Shown: positions 1-12,930, counted from the whole stretch's first letter. The stretch is 63,904 nt of DNA, filler included, from Squatina squatina (GCA_031763465.1; 20 parts of one record of this genome joined end to end with filler, not necessarily neighbours in it), one strand, 5' to 3'. The notes: generated by a model not told the origin, from the sequence alone. Numbers and translations are program-made.

Positions 1-726
1 ACACATCATTCTGATTTGGACTTATATCAACACTTCTTTATTGGCGTTGGGTTAATATCCTGGAATTCTCTAGCTAATATCATTGTGGGAGCCTTATCAC
101 CACAAGGACTGAAATCCTTCAAGGAGAAGGTCCACCATCACCTTCTCAGGGCAACTAGGGATGGGCAATAGCAACAACAACAAAAACAGCTATTTATATA
201 GCGCCTTTAACATAGTGAAACATCCCAAGATGCTTCACAGGAGTATTACAAGACCAAAGAATTTGACACTGAGACATATCAGGAAAAATTAGGGCAGATG
301 ACTAAAAGCTTGGTCAAAGAGCTAGGTTTTAAGGAGCATCTTAAAGGAGGAAAGAGAGGTAGAGAGGTGGGAAGGTTTCGGAAGGAAATTCCAGAGCTTA
401 GGGCCTTGGCAGCTGAAGGCACAGCCACCAATAGTGGAACAATTATAATCAGGGATATTCAAGAGGGCAGAATTAGAAGAGCGCAGATGTCTCGCGGGGT
501 TGTGGGGCTGGAGGAGGTTACAGAGATAGGGAGGGGCGAGGCCATGGAGGGATTTGAAAACAAAGATGAGAATTTTGAAATTGAGGTGTTGCTTAACCAG
601 GAGCCTATGTAAATCAGCGAGCACAGGGGTGATGGGTGAATGGGACTTGGTGCGAGTTAGGACACAGGCAGCCAAGTTTAGGATGACCGTAAGTTTATGG
701 AAGTAATAAATGCGGCCTTGCCAGCT
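1..726 (+). mobile_element. 3' end of a CR1/L2-group LINE (called family B here), split by an L2 insertion (1-170 and 705-726)
   Basis: 1-170 aligns by eye to 15165-15330 (CACCATCACCTTCTCAGGGCAACTAGGGATGGGCAATA). The tail resumes at 705 (AATAAATGCGGCCTTGCCAGC). Confidence 0.7.
171..704 (-). mobile_element. L2 LINE 3' end (ORF2 C-terminus plus tail)
   Basis: ORF 322-675(-) reads HSPITPVLADLHRLLVKQHLNFKILIFVFKSLHGLAPPYL...AFSCQGPKLWN, the typical L2 ORF2 C-terminus. It ends in the AGGCGCTATATAAATA + (TTG)n tail. Confidence 0.9.
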
Positions 727-2603
727 CAGAACACAAATTTCTTCCCACTTATATTTTTAACAATGAACATTTTAAATACTGTGAAATTTTACTGAGACAT
801 CAGCATGTTTTAGAAATCCCAATACTTTGGGTGAATATATGTGTTGCTCAATTTTTTCTTGCCAATTTTTTGTCTTAATTGAATTGCTGAATGAGTGATT
901 TAATGGGCTGTGTTGCAGAGATTTATAAATTGGCCGTTTTTATCTAAGCTTATGGGAACCCAGACCCAGGCAGAACGTTTCTTGGCAAAGTAGCTATTCC
1001 CTTCTCAGGATTCAGCTCCATCACTAACCATGCTGCTACATAAGCAGTATTGAAAGCAACATCTGTCCACAGCTGAACAGAGGTGGCATCTCCAGCCACG
1101 GGCTCTTTAAACCAGATAGAAGTTTAACAACAGGTGGGGAACGCCTTGTTTACAGCCCTCTCACCCAGTTGTTTTCCAATTTAAGGCATTCGAATCAAGA
1201 CTTGCTAAACGTTTTAGAGTTGTGACTTTTGCTTTCGTTGAGGCGGAACAGAAAAAAATTTGGCAGCATTAAGATCCAGTTCAGGCTTTGCGAGCACTTT
1301 TGTAAATGAATTGCAAGCTACATGGTTCCAGGCATTCACTGCGTGAATTATGCAGCTGAACCTCAGTGTGAGTCTGAGTACTTTTACAATAAATTACGGC
1401 TAGTATGCAAAAACGGTAAGCCCCTTCTAAATATAATCTTTATTGTTCCTGATTGTTCACAACACCACCAGCTCATAGTCATTCTCGCAATTCAGGGCAG
1501 CGGGATTAGATAAGTGACTCACCAGGCAGGGGCTGGCAAAGACATGCTAATCTTTTATGTTTATGACTTTGACTCGTTGTTTGCTTGGCTTTATCATGGC
1601 CATTATCAAAATCCAGAGACTGCTTTCCAGAGGCGGAGAGAGTCACGGTCACAGCCATTAACTCTTTCCATGCGAGATATATTTTAGCAGGCTTTACTGT
1701 ATGATCTGTTGATAATTTCACAACGAATGAATTAATAGAAAAGATGTTATCGGGGACATATTCAGCAAATCCCCTGTACAGGGTACACTCTCCATTCACT
1801 GGGTCTCTCTGTGGAGTCCTTTTGGACACAGTAATAGGCTGATTAGTTAACTTGTTGCAATATGACAGAGGTTGCTGTATCTCAGTTCACTGACTCCAAA
1901 AAGAACTACCAAAGCCTGCCCCTTAATCAGACTAAGTTGTAAACGACACTATACTTTTCTGGGTTACTGCAAGCAACATTTGTTTTTTTTGCTTTCTCCA
2001 TATCTTGCAATTTGCTTATGGACTCTATTTCCTCCTTCCCAGCTATTCCTCCTCTTTGCCTTATGTCTTTCAGAGGTGACCTCCTTCTACATTTGTTTAT
2101 TTACCCACTGCCTTCCTATATACCTAGCGTGGAGTCCAGTTATTAGCTCCTTTTTGTCTGAAGCTCTCAATCCAATGTTTATATAGGCTGATTATGTTTG
2201 CTATGTATTTTTGTGTAATGTTTTAAATAAAAGTTAGAAAAAATGTGTGTTTTAATGTGTTTCAATACCTCTGTGGCCACATAGTACAAAAATTGTGATG
2301 TTGCAGAAGAGTTACAGACCCTATCATTCTTTTCATACAATTAGTAGTGTCTCTGCTGATGCAAGGTGTGGGGCTGTATGTATGGATTTAGAATAGTTTG
2401 AGTTCTTATGGTGAAGTCACAATAGCAACCCACAGCATTCTGTGGTGATGCTGATGGAACTATTTAAATTTCACCAGACATTTAAACGTCTTCCTTGAGC
2501 TACTACATGCTGCAACCAGGAGGAGAGGCACATTCATACACTCCATGATGTGATGGCACAATTGACTGGAAATCCAATCTAGTTGAGTTGTTGCAGAATG
2601 AAA

Positions 2604-2703
2604 NNNNNNNNNNNNNNNNNNNNNNNNNNNNNNNNNNNNNNNNNNNNTTAATTAATTAANNNNNNNNNNNNNNNNNNNNNNNNNNNNNNNNNNNNNNNNN
2701 NNN
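2604..2703. other. Assembly gap with artificial linker (44 N + TTAATTAATTAA + 44 N), first of 19
   Basis: The same palindromic 12-mer, with stops in all six frames, is centred in 100-bp gaps at 2648, 3900, 5745, 8894, 12999, 20621, 22751, 27032, 35749, 40743, 43857, 46382, 48711, 51646, 53161, 57660, 58760, 60596 and 62827. Confidence 0.97.
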
Positions 2704-2826
2704 CCTGCCAGTGGTTTTGTTCCGCACGAGCCTCCTCCCACCCAACTTCATCCAAACCTATCAGCATCTCCCTCTCTTCCTTTCTCCTCCACATGTTTAC
2801 CTAGCTTCCCAATAAATGCATCTGTG
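2704..2826 (-). mobile_element. CR1 LINE 3' fragment
   Basis: CACGAGCCTCCTCCCACCCAACTTCATCCAAACCTATCAGCAT matches 17135-17178. CCCAATAAATGCATCT matches 14956 onward. Confidence 0.65.
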
Positions 2827-2864
2827 GATCAATATAATGTTAAAGTAAAAAGAAATGTAAATGT

Positions 2865-2992
2865 AAAGAACAGAAAAGGTTGAAAATGCGCAGCAACTTC
2901 AGTCACCGTAAAAAGGGATATATTCTGGCGAAGGGCCTGTCACCGAAATATTAACTTGTTTCTCGTGTCAGACACTGAGGGTTTTTATTTTG
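2865..2992 (+). mobile_element. Degenerate Penelope-like terminal-repeat fragment
   Basis: CTGGCGAAGGGCCTGTCACCGAAATATTAACTTGTTTCTC is a decayed version of 44394-44436 and 17297-17336. Confidence 0.45.
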
Positions 2993-2996
2993 GACG

Positions 2997-3310
2997 TCAA
3001 TTTAACTTGCATTTATATAGCGCCTTTAACGTAGTAAAAGAAGCCTTGGGCCCAGGCAGCTGAAGGCACGGTTGCCAATCGGTGTAGCGATGAAAATCAG
3101 TGTGGTGCAAGGGGCCAGCATTGGAGGAGTGCCAAGATCTCGGAAGGTTGTAGGGCTGGAGGTGGTTGCAGAGACAGGGAGAGGCCATGGAAGGATTTGA
3201 AAACAAGAAAGAGAATTTTAAAATCCAGGCGCTGTCAGACCGGGAACCAGTGCAGCTCAGCAAGCATAGGGATGATGGGTGAATGGGACTTGAAGCCAAT
3301 TAAGATACGG
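2997..3310 (-). mobile_element. L2 LINE 3' end, internally deleted
   Basis: Tail AACTTGCATTTATATAGCGCCTTTAACGTAG, with a body collinear with 171-704. Confidence 0.85.
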
Positions 3311-4324
3311 TGAATTTAAGGAGGATTTCTTTAAATTAAATCTCACTCTTTCCAAAGATGGCACTGCTTCCATTCATGTTCTTAAGGTAAAGGGTGAAAT
3401 CGGCCCAGAGAAAGGGATTTCTGAAACTGCAGTCTCTCCGAGTTGGAGCCATGAAGTGGATTCACTGTTTGGGATTGGAGATCCACTCCCAGTGCTCAGG
3501 ATGGAAGTGACTGCTTCCTCGAGCCCTGATCTGAGCCAGTTAACAGATTGTGTCCCCGGCTATCTGCATAGGCCGAGGAGATTCGGGTCAGTTGAATTGC
3601 GTCCAGATCTGACCTTAATCCCCCGTCTAAATGTTCCTGTGTAAATGACTCCGTAACCAGTTGCAATGGTTATTTGAGGTCGCTGTTCAAAGGTTGTTTC
3701 CCGCTGAATGTTCTGAAATTCAGTCCTCTGTTTACAGACAGGCACTCAGTATCTGAAGAGTTAATAAAGTAACGGCAACCACTCAAGTTATTGTGAAATG
3801 CCACTAAATGTGTGTGCACTGCTGACTGGATCTTTGTTAATCCAATTGAGTATTTNNNNNNNNNNNNNNNNNNNNNNNNNNNNNNNNNNNNNNNNNNNNT
3901 TAATTAATTAANNNNNNNNNNNNNNNNNNNNNNNNNNNNNNNNNNNNNNNNNNNNGGTGAGGGAAGGGTGGAAATTGAAGGTAATGAAATTTTCTAGTTT
4001 TCTAAGGGATCTGTAATCCTAGTTTAATTGTGATGAAACCATTGCGGGCATTAATGAAAACAACCGCAGTGTTAAGCAGTGTTCCAAACTACAAAAAAAT
4101 TGGACTTAAAACAGAGAATGTTATGTAAGTAGATCAGACAGCAAATATTTAAATGTGAGATTCAGTGTTTGCAGTAGTTATGTGCTGGCTTCCAGAGTAA
4201 ATACAAACCACAGCAGCAGATATGTCATTTGAGGTGTTCTGCTCCAGCTGCATGAACATGGTAGCCAATCTCTTTACAAGTCTTTCTGATGGCTATGAGA
4301 GTGCTAACAGAAATGTTAAAACAA

Positions 4325-4755
4325 ACAAAACAATATTGTGTTTATATAACACTTTACATGTTGTTCAGGATGTTCCGAAGCACTTCATAGTCAATGATGT
4401 ACTTTTTGAAGTGTAGTTACGGTCCTGAAGTAGGAAAACGTGGCAGTCAATTAATGCACAGCAAGGTCCCACAAACAGTAATGAGATAAACAACCAGTTA
4501 ATCTGTTGATTGATGGATAAGTGTTGGCCAGGATACAGGAGAACATCCCCTGCTCTTCTTCGAATAGTGCCTTGGGGTCTATCACGTCTGCTTGAATAAG
4601 TAGAAGGGGCCTCAGTTTAGCATCTCATCCAGAAGGCAGCACCTCCAGCGATCATTACTACATGGAAGTATCAGCCTAGATTATCTGCTCAACTCCTGGG
4701 TAGAAGCATGAACCCACAAACTTCCACCTCGGACTGCGACCATGGAGCCAAGTTG
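4325..4755 (-). mobile_element. DeuSINE (SacSINE1-like), old near-full-length copy
   Basis: Collinear with 29957-30411 (GCACAGCAAGGTCCCACAAACAG, TTGGCCAGGA, CTGCTCTTCTTCGAATAGTGCC). Confidence 0.8.
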
Positions 4756-7700
4756 AGCTGAACTTGATGCCAGAAGTATTCATAGTTTTAATTAAAGCGG
4801 GGTTTAATTCAGCAGCAGACCGGTGACATGNNNNNNNNNNGTGGTTAGGATTCCCTCCCCTCTCTTCACTGTACTAAAGGCCCTAACCTTTAGAGTACTG
4901 AGTGTTCTTTATCGCTTTCCAAACAAAACTCCAGATGCTTTCTATCATTTTATGTCTGCCAGAAATAATTTTCTGTTAATTTCTGAGGCAGAACAAAAGT
5001 AATAAAGTAGATTTGGATAAAGGTGGAGAAGCACAAGACACTTAATCATTAATAATATGACCAGAATGAACTGAATGTACATCACCTTGCTCTATTTTTA
5101 ACTTTGGTAAGAAGTGCGAAGCATTTTATCTGATGCCTGCAATTTATTACTTCACCTTTAATAATGGCTTCATGTGGCTTCTATATGAGGTGTGCTGTCT
5201 TTATTCTGGATCTGTCTTTAACTCTATAAGTAGAAAGTTGCTCACAAAAAAAATGTACAACATGAACCATTTTGCCTTAATGGACTAGATAACTAAATCA
5301 AGTGGGTGGTTGAAGGATGGGGTATTAGACCTTGGCAAAGGGCTTCAGTCCTGAAATGAACAGGGTGAATCAGAAAGTTGTGTTGCTCTGGAGTTCCGAC
5401 CAGCCCATGCACTCTAAGACAAATTACAAAACTATCCACCAATGATTGTAATGAATGTTACAGCATGTTTTATATCGCACTGTGTGCTTTAATTGGCTCT
5501 TGGCAAGTTAACCCAGTATAAAATCCATGAGGACATTCATTATAACTATCTTATAAAACTACAGCGACAAGCTTCGGACTTGCAGGTGTGCCTTTGCTTT
5601 TGCTCTTGTTAGTTCATCCCTCCACTCTAACAGTTACATTGACAGAAACACCTCTAGACCAGCCCCGGGTTTTTGTTTTGATAGAAACACTTGAGGCTCC
5701 NNNNNNNNNNNNNNNNNNNNNNNNNNNNNNNNNNNNNNNNNNNNTTAATTAATTAANNNNNNNNNNNNNNNNNNNNNNNNNNNNNNNNNNNNNNNNNNNN
5801 TATCAATGTAACCTTTAACTTTGACAACTGAAGTTAATGTGGTGTTGGTGAGATATTCATTGACCCAATTTGTGGTAATTGCAATATGTTGACTTTAAGG
5901 GCTACTTTAGTTCAGGTCACATACTCAGAATATTATTCTCTGGCTCATGATGGTGAGCAAGTGGATTAGATAATTCCTCAAAGAATCCAGTCAACAAACC
6001 CTGCAATAATGTTGAATTTAGCTCAAAGTCTGTGCAGTGAGGTGACGTTGGCCAGACTGCAGATTCACTCCCTGCGTTTCCCCAGCAAGCTTGGAGCTCA
6101 GTTAGAAGTAGTAGCAAATAATGCTTCGTCAGGTCCCCCACAGGAAGGAACCAAGTTTTTACTATGTAAAAGGCGCTATATAAATGCAAGTTGTTGCTTA
6201 TGTTACTTTTCCAGTACCTCTTTTTCAACAGGGTAGCATCAAACAGTTCCACTTGGCCTTCCAATGTATAGCATTTAGGTACATCCATAGTTTGTGTTAA
6301 AGCTGTGTAGTGATTTGCCTTTTTCCAAGATTAAATAACATGATCAGTCATAAAAGCAAGCCCAAACTAATCAGTTTTTTGCCAATGTAGGCAACCTTGC
6401 TGGCACTCGAATTTGATTTGCCTCAGAACATTAGTACAAGCAGAATGCAGCCTTTCTGTTTAGCTGTGGTGAATGACCATTTCATACAGTCTTGGTTTAT
6501 ATCCATTGTTAATCAGTGAGCAATGATTGAAAATTGGATGGTGATTGATGTTTACCACTCCATTTAGACATGTCTCCCCATTTGATTTCGACATTGGGCA
6601 GCAGTGACATTGGAAAATTGGACAGATGAATAAACTGGGGTTGGGATCTGGTACTCCATCCCATTGTCTGCCTCAGTTTCACCCAAAAATTGGATGGAGT
6701 GAAGACGAAAGTCTAGCCTTTTGAAGCTTAATTTAATTATTAGAATGCACTGGGGTTAGTGTCAACACATGAGCCTTTTCGTTTTTTTAATCTGCTTGTC
6801 ATACTTTATAAGTTGAATAAACATCTTGAATGGGCTGGAATTTGCTGCCTAACTCAGGGAGGGAGAGAGAAGAAAAAATGTCACGTGATCATTTCTCTCT
6901 TTTGAATGTTAAACCTCTAACCCCTGCAAACCTATCTACAGGGGCCAGAGCACAGAGTTCCCTTCTTGGATTACTGGAGAAATTCATAAATGGCCAGGGC
7001 ACTGTAGAGGCTCTGTAACAGAGTGTTGACAGATGAGGGAAATGGTCCAAAACTCTAGGCTACAAGCTGTAACTGCCCAAACTTGCATTGATTGAAGTTG
7101 TGAGTCACATCGAGCACCATGGAGGTTCACTCACTCTCTTACCGTTAAAATCAAAAGTCGCTTTATGGAGGATCAAAGCTTAATGTCATTAAAATCAGAG
7201 CACATTAAATACTTCTCCATCCATTTATCCACAACAGCAGTACATTTGCAAGCCTAACTTAGAATGAAAGAAGAAAAAAAAATCATTGACAAATAGATTA
7301 ATTTTTTTTGTTATTTCTTCCATGGCAACAGGACGGAAGGCTCAAACAGACAGGGTTTTGTTTAGTGCTAACTGCAACACAGTAGCAGTAGCCCACAATA
7401 GCTCATTGTACCTGATCTGCGAGTGGTAGTTTTTTTCTTTAATATACAGTTTAAAATTAATTATCAGAAGGAATTTTCAAATCAATTTTTTTTTTGAAAT
7501 AGAAAAGCAACCAGAGAAAGAACAGAAGTAGGTGGCATTCCTGTAACTCCCATTGTCAAAGAGAAGAGCAATTGAGACAGACTGGCAGAGCAGCATGGGA
7601 TCATACACCCTAGCAACCGACACAGAGGAATACTGAAACATTGCAGAGGAGCACTTTCATTTTTGGTGGACCTAAGATTTTGACTGAACCGCTGCCCTAT

Positions 7701-7840
7701 TTGGTCACAAAGACAGTGCAAAGCATGAAGACATGGAAGAGTTAGCAGCTCCCCAATAGGATTGACATAAAACTGGAGACGTGCATCTGCTGGAATGAGC
7801 CCTCCTGTGTCAGTGCGGCTTGGAGTCATTTTGTTAACAA

Positions 7841-8021
7841 TGGGCCTGAATGTGTGGTCGGAGGCTTGCCAATGGGAGAATGTCTCCAAACCGCAAGAAA
7901 AGTACAAACCTGCCTGATGGTCCCGGACCTACGAAGACTCGCATTCCTGGGCCCGTAGGCGTAGGCCTGCGCAAAGGCCCACATATCCCAGGGGCGCAAG
8001 CAGTTCACAGGCATCCCTTGT
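7841..8021. mobile_element. GC/CpG-rich fragment, probably the end of a non-autonomous DNA transposon
   Basis: Abrupt CpG-rich block starting TGGGCCTGAAT and truncated by a gap. Similar in style to 55021-55745. Confidence 0.3.
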
Positions 8022-10034
8022 NNNNNNNNNNNNNNNNNNNNNNNNNNNNNNNNNNNNNNNNNNNNNNNNNNNNNNNNNNNNNNNNNNNNNNNNNNNNNNN
8101 NNNNNNNNNNNNNNNNNNNNNGCACCATTGAGCCACAAGGTAGAGTGCAAAGCTTACTGCATAGACATCGCTCTTTTCCTCTCATGAAGGCAGAGAAGCA
8201 GCATCCAGTGGTTCTGCGTCACCATCAAGATAACAACAAGCAACAAAGAGGTCCATCACCAGATCAGCACCAGCTTCTCGGGCCTCTGCTTTTATCAAGA
8301 ATGAATTGGTACCTCAAGGGTATGTTATCAGCTGATGATTCACAAACCTCTGCTCTACTACCAAGTCACTCTGATAAAGTCTTATCTTGCAGCTGCACCA
8401 GAACAGATGAGACATCACAGCCCTACTGCCTGTATTTCACAGTGACCACTCACTACGCGTGTCCTTTTTTTTAACCCAGAAGCAACAACCAATGTAAACC
8501 ATCAGTATGAGTAATAAGAACTCCTGCAATCAAGCAAAAGTTTTGAGCTGACTTTTGTAACAAGCTGTTTGAATAACAGTGCAATAGCCTGTATTTATTA
8601 TGCATGCAGCTGTTGGTAATTTTTTTTTAGGAGAAAATTAGGTTAAAGCCGAAGGCTACAATTGAACTCTGGAAGGCTGAGGAGGAAGCAAGAAAATGAA
8701 GCAAGTGTCCTGGTAAACTTCAGCTTGCAATACTGATTCACTATCATTTAAGCTGAACTCGCTTTCCATCTGTCACAAGATCTGCTCCACTTTGCTTAAG
8801 TGATCTTCTTTCTTCTTTGCCTTTTAAAGAAGGAAAGTGAAATATGCTCNNNNNNNNNNNNNNNNNNNNNNNNNNNNNNNNNNNNNNNNNNNNTTAATTA
8901 ATTAANNNNNNNNNNNNNNNNNNNNNNNNNNNNNNNNNNNNNNNNNNNNTACAACTTTTCACTTCCGCAAGAGAGAGAGAGAGAGAGAACACGTTTAGAC
9001 ATTCACAAACAAAGCTGTGTGAGACAAAAGTGGTGACAAAATCGGTTGGTTGTTGGGTTATGTTATGGGAGGGGGATGTCTGCGGGGACAATGAAAAGGA
9101 TTGAAACTGTCAAAATGTGTAACAAAATGCATTGTTTCTGTTTGAAAGCAGTTTCTGCAGACGGTGTGTATAAATGTATTGCGATCCCACCCGATGGGTC
9201 TGACACGAGAATGAGCTTCAAATCTGGATCTCTGTTTGTGTCTGTCTGTAGCAATGCTTCTCTATGGTCATAGAAAGATGGTGATTGAATAAATAAATCT
9301 GAATAACTNNNNNNNNNNTGACAGTACTTTCTTTTTATAGAAAAATTTCAAATAGAAGCTAGAAGACAGAAAAATTATTCATAGATGAATGGTTGAAAGG
9401 AACTCAATTCATTAAACTCACTTAATTATGACAGGTAGATCAATGGAAATGGAAAGGTTTAATGTTGCAACCTGTAGCAGTAAGCCACCTGAAGTACAGC
9501 AATAAGTCATCTGATTTTCCACATCACATCTGTAATGATGATAACCTATGCACCAGCTGCCCCCGTAGCCCAGTTATTCTGACATCTACTTATCAAAATG
9601 GAGAAAATTGTCCAGGTATACTCTATCCACAAAAAGGAACAACGAGCAAGTCAAACCTGGCAAATTAATCACTCCACCCACCTCCTCCCAANNNNNNNNN
9701 NNNNNNNNNNNNNNNNNNNNNNNNNNNNNNNNNNNNNNNNNNNNNNNNNNNNNNNNNNNNNNNNNNNNNNNNNNNNNNNNNNNNNNNNNNNCTTTGCTAT
9801 TGTAAAAGTATAGCTCAGCATATTAAAGTTCTTAAGGATATAATTTGCTTTTTGCTAAGTTATACAAATGATTATTATTTCTTAATGGAAGGTTGGGGAG
9901 TCAAAACCTGTGGAGCCATTCAGCAGGCAATTTCAATACTTTAATAGGAGGGAGTGTGGATTTTTCTTGATGGAGGAGCTAAGATGGGTTGACTTTAAGA
10001 TGGTCAATGTTTTTGTCTGATTCCACTGCCGTGC

Positions 10035-10081
10035 AGCACCTTGGTACATTAAAGGCGCTACATAAACGCAAGTTGTTGTTG
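10035..10081 (+). mobile_element. L2 3' tail remnant (another at about 6160-6198)
   Basis: TACATTAAAGGCGCTACATAAACGCAAGTTGTTGTTG is the L2 tail seen at 171-210 and 24960-25000. Confidence 0.7.
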
Positions 10082-11299
10082 AATGACCTTCCTCAAACAT
10101 ATTTATCTTATGATCTTAGGAAAAGGAGAATGCTATCTTAACTAAACTTCAATCATTTCTTTCCCCCGCTCCTCACTCCTACCCCCCACTGTGTTTTAAT
10201 TTACTCCAGCCAGAAGGGGAAAACAAATTCCCCATAGCTGCCTTGTCAAGAATAGCCTGGAGGGGAATCTTTTTTTTCCCTTGATGAAAAATCTATCTGG
10301 CAGTTTGGATGTTCATATCTGTCTGCTATATTGTTGTGTTTTTTTTATATATATAAAACAAATAGGGAATAAACGTAAAAGGAAAGAAAGTACACAGTGT
10401 GCGGAAAAGCTTTACTCAAGTGCACAGCTTCAAAGTTTGGGCCATCGGTGTTCAGTAACTGCTATTTCATTACCACCCTCATTCCATGCAACACAATTAA
10501 GAAATATTGGTTCAACCAATTTCAGACAAAGCAAAGAGCTGAGTAAGTTGTCCAATGAGTTTGTCCCTGGGCAATATTACTCCAGGAAAATCTATACTAA
10601 GCCAATAAACTATAGTTGGTCCTGCCAGGAGTATTCATTAGGATCTCCAAAAGATGAGAAAATAAACTGTATGTGAAATTGTAATACAGAATATTTGGAT
10701 TATAAGTCTTTCCAATCGTTCAATTTAAAAGTAAGTAGCCTTCTTAAAGATTTTATTACAAGGACATACCGAGAATTGATTGGAAAAGAAAAACAGTTGA
10801 ATATATATCGCTTCATTTGCTGTTAACTAAAATAAGGTTCGAGCCAATCTTGAGACAGAATTATGCAATGCATTGNNNNNNNNNNNNNNNNNNNNNNNNN
10901 NNNNNNNNNNNNNNNNNNNNNNNNNNNNNNNNNNNNNNNNNNNNNNNNNNNNNNNNNNNNNNNNNNNNNNNNNNNCAACCAACACCTCTGGATCTCACAC
11001 TTCCAGTGACCTGAGCAGCAGCTGAAGTGACTGTGCATATTACTTTTAAGGGCTGCAGTGGTCTCGAACTGATTAACTCCAGTGAATTGGAGCAGTTGAG
11101 ACTGTCTCGCCCCCTTAACGCCACAGATGAGCTGATTACCATTCCCATTAAAGCCCATTAGCACCACCAGTGAAAAATTTTCTTAAAGGGCCCAATACAC
11201 TAATTTTTTTCAGCAGCGTTAATACGGTGTTAACATCAAACTAGTTTGGCCGCTAGCACTACCAACATGGCGCTATCCACTTGGGCTCCCTTAGTATCT

Positions 11300-11632
11300 T
11301 ACTAGCCTGGTTGGATTCTTTGAGGAGGTTACTAGGTTGATGGATGAAGCTAGCCCTGTAGACGTATATTTGGACTTTCAAAAACTCTTTGACATGGTGC
11401 CACACAATAGGGTCCGATATCAGATAGTGTCCTGTGGATTTGGTTTGGATAAGGAGTTGGTCGCATTCTATTTGACAGAGGGTGTGACTAATATGTGAGT
11501 GGCTCCATGTGTAGACTGATTACTAGTGGAGCCCAACAGGGCCATTTCTCTTCACAGTCAATATCAATGATCTGAATGAAGGTATTGGGGGTACTGTCCA
11601 GAAGTTTGCAGATGACACCAAGATCTGTGCTG
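11300..11632 (+). mobile_element. CR1 reverse-transcriptase fragment (frameshifted)
   Basis: Translates piecewise to TSLVGFFEEVTRLMDEASPVDVYLDFQKLFDMVPH ... INDLNEGIGGTVQKFADDTKI, including the RT FADD motif. Confidence 0.9.
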
Positions 11633-11899
11633 GTGGCTGAAAAATGATTAGAATTGGATCTAGATCTGATTAATAACAGGAGGGAATTTTTTTTGTAACC
11701 AACAAGTTTCAAGGCTTTGTTTCATTTAGACTCATTTTCTTTTGTCAGCCAGGTCACTAGATCGAGTGCGACGTCTTCAGGCTTTGGGACAGAAGGAAAA
11801 ACTCACAAGGTCATCCGATTTGAATTATGCCTCCTACCATTGACTATGACAAAGTCCCGAGACTCTTCTCTCAGACAGGAATAGCAATTGAAAAGTAGG

Positions 11900-12930
11900 A
11901 CTATCAGAGAGCAACTGCTTAAAGTCTAGAAATATGAGAATGGAAATGCATCCATTTGAATGCATGGACTCGTCCAGAAGCCTCTTGGTTAGGCAAATGC
12001 ATGGTGCCGCCACTTGCTCCAGACAGTGTTGCATTATGTTGAATTCTTTGCAGATATTACAACGTCCGAATGTAGTTTTCCTAATCAATTAGAAAGGGTT
12101 AAAATATTGTTGCAAATTGTAATCAGATACCCTCAAGGTGGATCACATTAGATTGCATCTGCAGTTCCTTAGTGCATTTGTTTTAATTTGTCCAGATCCC
12201 ATCTGAATGCTACTAGTCTCCCTTACACTGGGCATCTGCACACATAGCTCGGTATCATTAGCAAATGTCATAACAGCATTAGAGCTGCCCTCCTCTGTAA
12301 TATTTTATGAATTATGTAAACAGCAGGGAAGTCGGAGTAGACCTTGGTAGAGTGCCACTAGTCATTGCTTCCAGGCAGAGTACTTCACATCCATCGTCAT
12401 CTTCTAGTTTTCATTGCCAAAATAAATTTCAGTCTGGTTGACTAATTCGCCATAATTCCAGGCACCTTTATCTTCTTCAGAAGTCTGAGATGCAGANNNN
12501 NNNNNNTTATATCCATTAAATAGAACTCATCCACTAATTAAGTTACCTCTTCAAATAATTGCAGTAGATTTGTGAGGTATGACCAACTGCTTCTAAATCC
12601 ATGCTGACTACCCCTTGTGATATCCATGCTCTTCAGAGGAACATTAATACCATCTTGTAAAATGCTTTTGAGTGTTTTCCTCACTATCAATGTTAAACTG
12701 ACTGGTCTATGGTTCCATAATGATCTCCCTCCTTTTTAAAACAAAAATAGCAGCCTTGTAAGTGCCATTTGCCAGTTCTCAGATCAATCCTTGTATTGTT
12801 GAGCTTTTTGAAATCGTATTTCCAAAACGCATTTATTGAGGGATTATTGAGGGTGTATGACATCTGGCCCAGTTCATTTAATGTATGGAGGTTCTTCATA
12901 ATACTTGTTTTACAAGCCCCTATTGCCGGG
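11900..12930 (-). mobile_element. Old CR1-clade reverse-transcriptase fragment
   Basis: Minus strand gives SQHGFRSSWSYLTNLLQLFEEVT (about 12540-12610) and a decayed FADDT-like TFANDTEL (about 12245-12270). Confidence 0.75.

Noticed and set aside
1331..1350. 17/20 complementarity to miR-124 (GGCATTCACTGCGTGAATTA)
   Set aside because: Two mismatches fall in the seed, there is no pre-miRNA 5' arm, and a match of this level to some known miRNA is roughly expected by chance in a window this size.
1506..1829. 107-aa minus-strand ORF with a possible donor near 1520
   Set aside because: No recognisable protein similarity and only a weak acceptor.
2226..2270. AATAAA followed by a GT-rich tract (possible polyadenylation site)
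   Set aside because: No upstream terminal exon was identified, and the motif is too common to call alone.
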